DNA from: Gammaproteobacteria bacterium
GTDB lineage: Bacteria; Pseudomonadota; Gammaproteobacteria; Steroidobacterales; UBA11654
Direction of reading: 5' to 3'
NCBI GenBank assembly: GCA_002691465.1
Contig: NZHP01000034.1
Coordinates: forward strand, 8,096-72,095
DNA length: 64,000 nucleotides
Numbering within the stretch: the first letter of the stretch is position 1; the number at the start of each line of letters is the position of its first letter. Below the pieces are notes generated by a model. The model saw only the letters and a list, made by a program, of their open reading frames with translations, ran no database searches and was not told the origin of the DNA. Position numbers and translations under genes: made by a program. Below are positions 60,193-64,000 of the stretch, piece by piece.

Positions 60193-62898
60193 ATGAATAC
60201 TTCTTTATTTGAAAGAGCTAGGTATCTGTTCATCACTTTGAGTGCTGTTGCTGTGGTTTTTGCCATACCAACGTGGGCTCAGGATGAAGACGAAGATGCT
60301 GCTGAGCTCGGAAAAATCGAAGTCACGGGTTCTCGATTGAATCAAACGGATGTTGAAACTGCACAACCAGTTACAGTTATCTCAAGAGAGCAAATCGAGT
60401 TATCAGGCTTCGCAACTGTCGCTGAGGTACTTCAAAACACACCTTATAACTCATTTGGATCATTCAGAGAAACCTCTGGATATGCAAATGGTCAGGCGAG
60501 TGTTAATGAAATCTCACTCAGAGGCTTAGGGTCTAACAGAACATTGGTTCTACTGGATGGAAGACGAATTGCTTCTACTGGTGGATCTGGTGGCGCGGCT
60601 CAAAACCTAAACCAAATCCCATCTGCGATTATCGATAGAATCGAAATTCTGCGTGATGGTGCATCTGCGGTATATGGTTCTGATGCAATCGCTGGTGTTG
60701 TAAACATCATCACTCGTAAGGACTTTGATGGAATGGATATTTCTATAACATCAGGTTCTACTGAAGTTGGTGGCGGTGATTATACTAGAGCGAACATTAC
60801 TGGTGGTGTTTCTAACTCAAAAGGAAACATCTACTATACGTTCCAACACTACGATAGAAGACCTCAATACTATAACGAAATTCCTTATGCGAGCCATGCA
60901 AGTAATTACGATTACTTCAGCTCGTTTGGTTATCCAGGTGCTGCGATCACAGGTCTTGGTATTATTGTGGATCCAAGATGTCCTGAAGCGAACGTAGGTT
61001 CAAGCAGAGATAATGGATCAAATACTAATTCAACCTTTCCAAATTCTTACTACTGGGCTGGTCCTGGTTTAGATACTGGGTTAGGTCGATGTGGCTATGA
61101 CTTTGCACAAGACATCATGTCGATTCCAAGAGCTAAGCGTAATGCTTTCCTCATGAAATCTTCATATGATCTTTCACCAGATGTAACTATGAATACTGTA
61201 GTGATGTTCTCGCAACTTGAAGGTGATTCAAGATTCGCAGGAACTCCAATCACTGCTCCTTTCCCAGTTATACCTTCAGGTAGTCCTAATCACCCTATGA
61301 TTGCATATGGATATGATTGTACGCCTGATGGTTCAGGTACTGGGACAGCTCCTGCAACTGCCGGTTGTGGTGCTGCGACGTTACTTCTAAGATCTGTGCC
61401 TAACGGATATCGAGACAATACTGTTACAGAAAACATCACTGACGTAAGAGTCGGTTTTGAAGGTGTTGCAGATATGATGGGCGGAATGGAATGGGAACTA
61501 AATGTTCAAACAACTGTCAATGATATTGATAACCAAACCATTAACCTAGTGAATAAAACTCTCCTTCAAGCTGGTCTTGATGCGGGAACTGTTGACCCTT
61601 GGGGTATCAACAGCACACTAGATGAAGTCGCAGTTCAAATGTTAGCCTTTAACCATACTGGTCTTTATCAAGCTGATCTTAAGACTACAATGGGAGACCT
61701 AATTGTTAAGTTTGACGTTGGCGAGTTAGCTGGCGGAGCAATTGGTATGGTCTTGGGTGCTGAGTACTCGCATTCTTCATTCGATCAATTGAATGATCCG
61801 GAGTCTAACGCATTTCTAATTGCTGGTTCTGCCGGTGGTGATAACATCAATGCTGAGAGAGCCAGAAAGTCAGCTTTCTTCGAGGTTGGTCTTCCATTTA
61901 CAGAACAAATACGTGTTGCTGTTGCTGGTCGATATGATGACTACAGCACACAAGGTGTTGGCAGTAACTTCTCACCTTCAGTGAACTTTGAATACAGACC
62001 TACTAGTTGGGTATTATTGAGAGGCACTTATGGTGAAGGATTTAGAGCTCCAGCATTTGATGAACTGTTTGGTAATCGATCAGAAAGTTTCCCTTCAGGG
62101 ATTGATATTGTTGGTTGTGCGAACGGAGTAACTGTTTGTACCTCTACTCAGTATAGAGCTTTCTATGGTGGTAACCCAGACTTAGGACCAGAGGAATCTG
62201 AGCATTACACACTTGGTGCTGTGCTTTCTCCACTGCCTGAGTTAACAGTTCAGTTGAACGTTTGGCATACTGAGTTTGAAGGCCTCATTACAACTTCAAC
62301 TTTGAACAGAGAGTTCGAAGCTGAAGCAAGAGGAGAAACAAACTATGTCGTGCGTTGTACTGCTACTGACCAATGTCAGGAAGGTACCGTTAACTACGTT
62401 TCATTGACTTCGAATAACTACAAAGGGGTCACAATGGAAGGTATCGACTTTGATATTAACTACGTTATGGACACAGATAACATGGGTCGTTTCGACATGG
62501 GTGTAAATGCTGCGAAAATAACTAAGTACATATATCAACGTTTTGCCTCAGACTCTGTAGAGAGTAATGAAGGTGAAATGGGATTGCCTGACACTAGAAT
62601 GACTCCTTACCTCACATGGGGTAAAGGCGACTGGGGTGTAGGACTAACTGGATATCATGTCTCTGGACAAGAGACTGACTACTTCGGTACACCATACTCT
62701 GTTGATGATTCTATGACGTTTAACTTAAGGGTTAGCTATCAGCTTCCTTGGGATGCGTCTGTTTCACTCGGTGCAATCAACGTAACTGACGAAGAACCAG
62801 AGCAAAACTCTGACTGGTATGGTTGGGAACCATTTGACTTCTCCTTGTATGATACAAGAGGAAGAACGGTTTATATAACCTACGAGCAGAGCCTCTAA
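60193..62898 (+). CDS. TonB-dependent outer-membrane receptor
   Basis: GAGAGG Shine-Dalgarno upstream, signal peptide, a TonB-box-like IEVTGSR and a plug domain (RGLGSNRTLVLLDGRR, IEILRDGASAVYGSDAIAGVVNIIT), followed by a long barrel. Confidence 0.9.
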   Translation: MNTSLFERARYLFITLSAVAVVFAIPTWAQDEDEDAAELGKIEVTGSRLNQTDVETAQPVTVISREQIELSGFATVAEVLQNTPYNSFGSFRETSGYANGQASVNEISLRGLGSNRTLVLLDGRRIASTGGSGGAAQNLNQIPSAIIDRIEILRDGASAVYGSDAIAGVVNIITRKDFDGMDISITSGSTEVGGGDYTRANITGGVSNSKGNIYYTFQHYDRRPQYYNEIPYASHASNYDYFSSFGYPGAAITGLGIIVDPRCPEANVGSSRDNGSNTNSTFPNSYYWAGPGLDTGLGRCGYDFAQDIMSIPRAKRNAFLMKSSYDLSPDVTMNTVVMFSQLEGDSRFAGTPITAPFPVIPSGSPNHPMIAYGYDCTPDGSGTGTAPATAGCGAATLLLRSVPNGYRDNTVTENITDVRVGFEGVADMMGGMEWELNVQTTVNDIDNQTINLVNKTLLQAGLDAGTVDPWGINSTLDEVAVQMLAFNHTGLYQADLKTTMGDLIVKFDVGELAGGAIGMVLGAEYSHSSFDQLNDPESNAFLIAGSAGGDNINAERARKSAFFEVGLPFTEQIRVAVAGRYDDYSTQGVGSNFSPSVNFEYRPTSWVLLRGTYGEGFRAPAFDELFGNRSESFPSGIDIVGCANGVTVCTSTQYRAFYGGNPDLGPEESEHYTLGAVLSPLPELTVQLNVWHTEFEGLITTSTLNREFEAEARGETNYVVRCTATDQCQEGTVNYVSLTSNNYKGVTMEGIDFDINYVMDTDNMGRFDMGVNAAKITKYIYQRFASDSVESNEGEMGLPDTRMTPYLTWGKGDWGVGLTGYHVSGQETDYFGTPYSVDDSMTFNLRVSYQLPWDASVSLGAINVTDEEPEQNSDWYGWEPFDFSLYDTRGRTVYITYEQSL

Positions 62899-62922
62899 TC
62901 TAAGAGTTAGTTAGATAAAATT

Positions 62923-62951
62923 AGAGCGGACTTAGGTCCGCTCTTTTTTTT
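62923..62951. terminator. Rho-independent terminator between convergent genes
   Basis: AGAGCGGAC-ttag-GTCCGCTCT is a perfect 9-bp stem followed by a T7 run. A short A run precedes the stem, so it may work in both directions. Confidence 0.75.
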
Positions 62952-62961
62952 GCGTATTTGA

Positions 62962-63786
62962 TTATTGAATGGTCAGCTTCAGCTCTGCTGCAAGAGCTTC
63001 ACTTTTTCGAATTTGTTTAATGCTCAATCGTTTTTTTAGATCTTTAAGTAATTGCTTTGCGTATCCGACAGCAAAAATTTGGCCGAAAGACCTCCCCTCC
63101 AAAACATACTCACATTGAGGATTATCACGATTTAAATTCTCTTCTCTATCCTCATAGTCTTTTCTATAGCTATTGTATTCTTGATTAGTAATTTTTTCTG
63201 CAGCTATCAAAAACCAAGCATATGCATATACAAGGTTTTTTTTGACGCCTCTTGCGTCACGATAGGCCATACCAAGACCAACCTGTGATCGTGTATGGCC
63301 TTGAAGAGATGCTTTTTGGTAGTACTCAAAAGCTTTTTCTTGATCCTTTCTAACACCAGAACCATATCGATACAATCTAGCTAATCCATTTATCCCATCT
63401 AGATCGTCCTTGGCAGCAGCCTTCTCGTACCATATCCTTGCTTTTCTAGCATTCATGGGAGCTACCTCACCAGCCATATATATTTCTGCCATGGCAACCT
63501 CTGCGTCTGTATCGCCCTGGTTGGCAGCAGTCTCCATCCATTGAAATGCTTTCTTGTAATTTCTTCTAAAATCTCCATAGAGTGTTGATGAATATAAGCG
63601 GCTGAGAGCAACTTGAGCCCTAGGATCATTCATTTCAGCAGCTAAAGAGCAGGCTGTTATTGCGTTCATGCATTGATTATCTCTTATCAATTCCTCGCAG
63701 TTTTCTTGAGCAGAAAGTGGTTGGAAAAATGACAAGAATATTATTGGTAAAATATTTGCCCTATTCATAAATCTGTAAAGTTTCAT
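62962..63786 (-). CDS. Sel1-like repeat (SLR/TPR) protein, secreted
   Basis: Signal peptide and repeated A..WY.KAA.QG...AQ..LG.MY-type Sel1 units. Confidence 0.8.
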   Translation of the reverse strand: MKLYRFMNRANILPIIFLSFFQPLSAQENCEELIRDNQCMNAITACSLAAEMNDPRAQVALSRLYSSTLYGDFRRNYKKAFQWMETAANQGDTDAEVAMAEIYMAGEVAPMNARKARIWYEKAAAKDDLDGINGLARLYRYGSGVRKDQEKAFEYYQKASLQGHTRSQVGLGMAYRDARGVKKNLVYAYAWFLIAAEKITNQEYNSYRKDYEDREENLNRDNPQCEYVLEGRSFGQIFAVGYAKQLLKDLKKRLSIKQIRKSEALAAELKLTIQ

Positions 63787-63851
63787 GCTAATATGTTGTT
63801 TCTAAATCTCATTGAAGATCAAATTAAATTATTTTTTTAAGGATTATACAA

Positions 63852-64000
63852 ATGAAAAAGATACTCCCCGTCTTAGCCATTGTTCTCACATTTAATGTAT
63901 TGGCAGTAGAAGAATTTCCAGTTGAACACTTCTTTAAAGAACCGTTGATGTTGGCTCCTACGCTGTCTCCGGATGGAGAATATTTGGCTGCTTTAACGCC
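63852..64000 (+). CDS. Secreted protein, N-terminus only (possibly an S9 prolyl-oligopeptidase-family peptidase); 3' end off the window
   Basis: ATG 63852 and a signal peptide MKKILPVLAIVLTFNVLA. FFKEPLMLAPTLSPDGEYLA resembles the N-terminal propeller start of S9 peptidases. Only 49 codons are visible. Confidence 0.35.
   Translation, partial: MKKILPVLAIVLTFNVLAVEEFPVEHFFKEPLMLAPTLSPDGEYLAALT

Overview
AT-rich (by eye roughly high-30s % GC, not computed), very compact gammaproteobacterial chromosome segment. Gene order resembles Pseudomonas-like and marine oligotrophic lineages, and a streamlined SAR86-like organism is only a guess. I call about 61 CDSs, partial at both window ends. I found no rRNA, tRNA, CRISPR array, transposase, integrase or phage gene, and only one convincing intrinsic terminator. 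Bases 1-23500 are core housekeeping and envelope genes: gatCAB, then mreBCD-mrdA-rodA-mltB-rlpA-dacA-lipB as one co-directional array, metC, murU-amgK, lptD-surA-pdxA-rsmA-apaH, and thyA-lgt. Bases 23500-36300 look more accessory: an exported-looking SDR, a small Cys/His-rich secreted protein with an ECF sigma/RskA-type anti-sigma pair, a hydrolase/GNAT/propeller/M20/GST cluster, and a MacAB-like ABC efflux operon with two permeases. Bases 36400-43800 hold msrA, a TPR/TonB_C protein, a DctP-type binding protein coupled to an MFS permease, msrPQ and dacB. Bases 43700-48500 hold a KorAB-type 2-oxoacid:ferredoxin oxidoreductase preceded by a GltD-like flavoprotein-ferredoxin fusion. Bases 48500-59900 hold a dihydroorotase-like gene, an MFS-TauD-amidohydrolase cluster, and a lipA-M48-rhomboid-methyltransferase-NPP string. 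The right end carries a TonB-dependent receptor, a Sel1-repeat protein and the start of an S9-like peptidase. There is no classical defence or mobile island. The best candidates for something undescribed are the DctP-SBP/MFS pairing, the flavoprotein-ferredoxin/KorAB module, and the small secreted protein/ECF unit. All family assignments come from motif recognition by eye, with no database search run.
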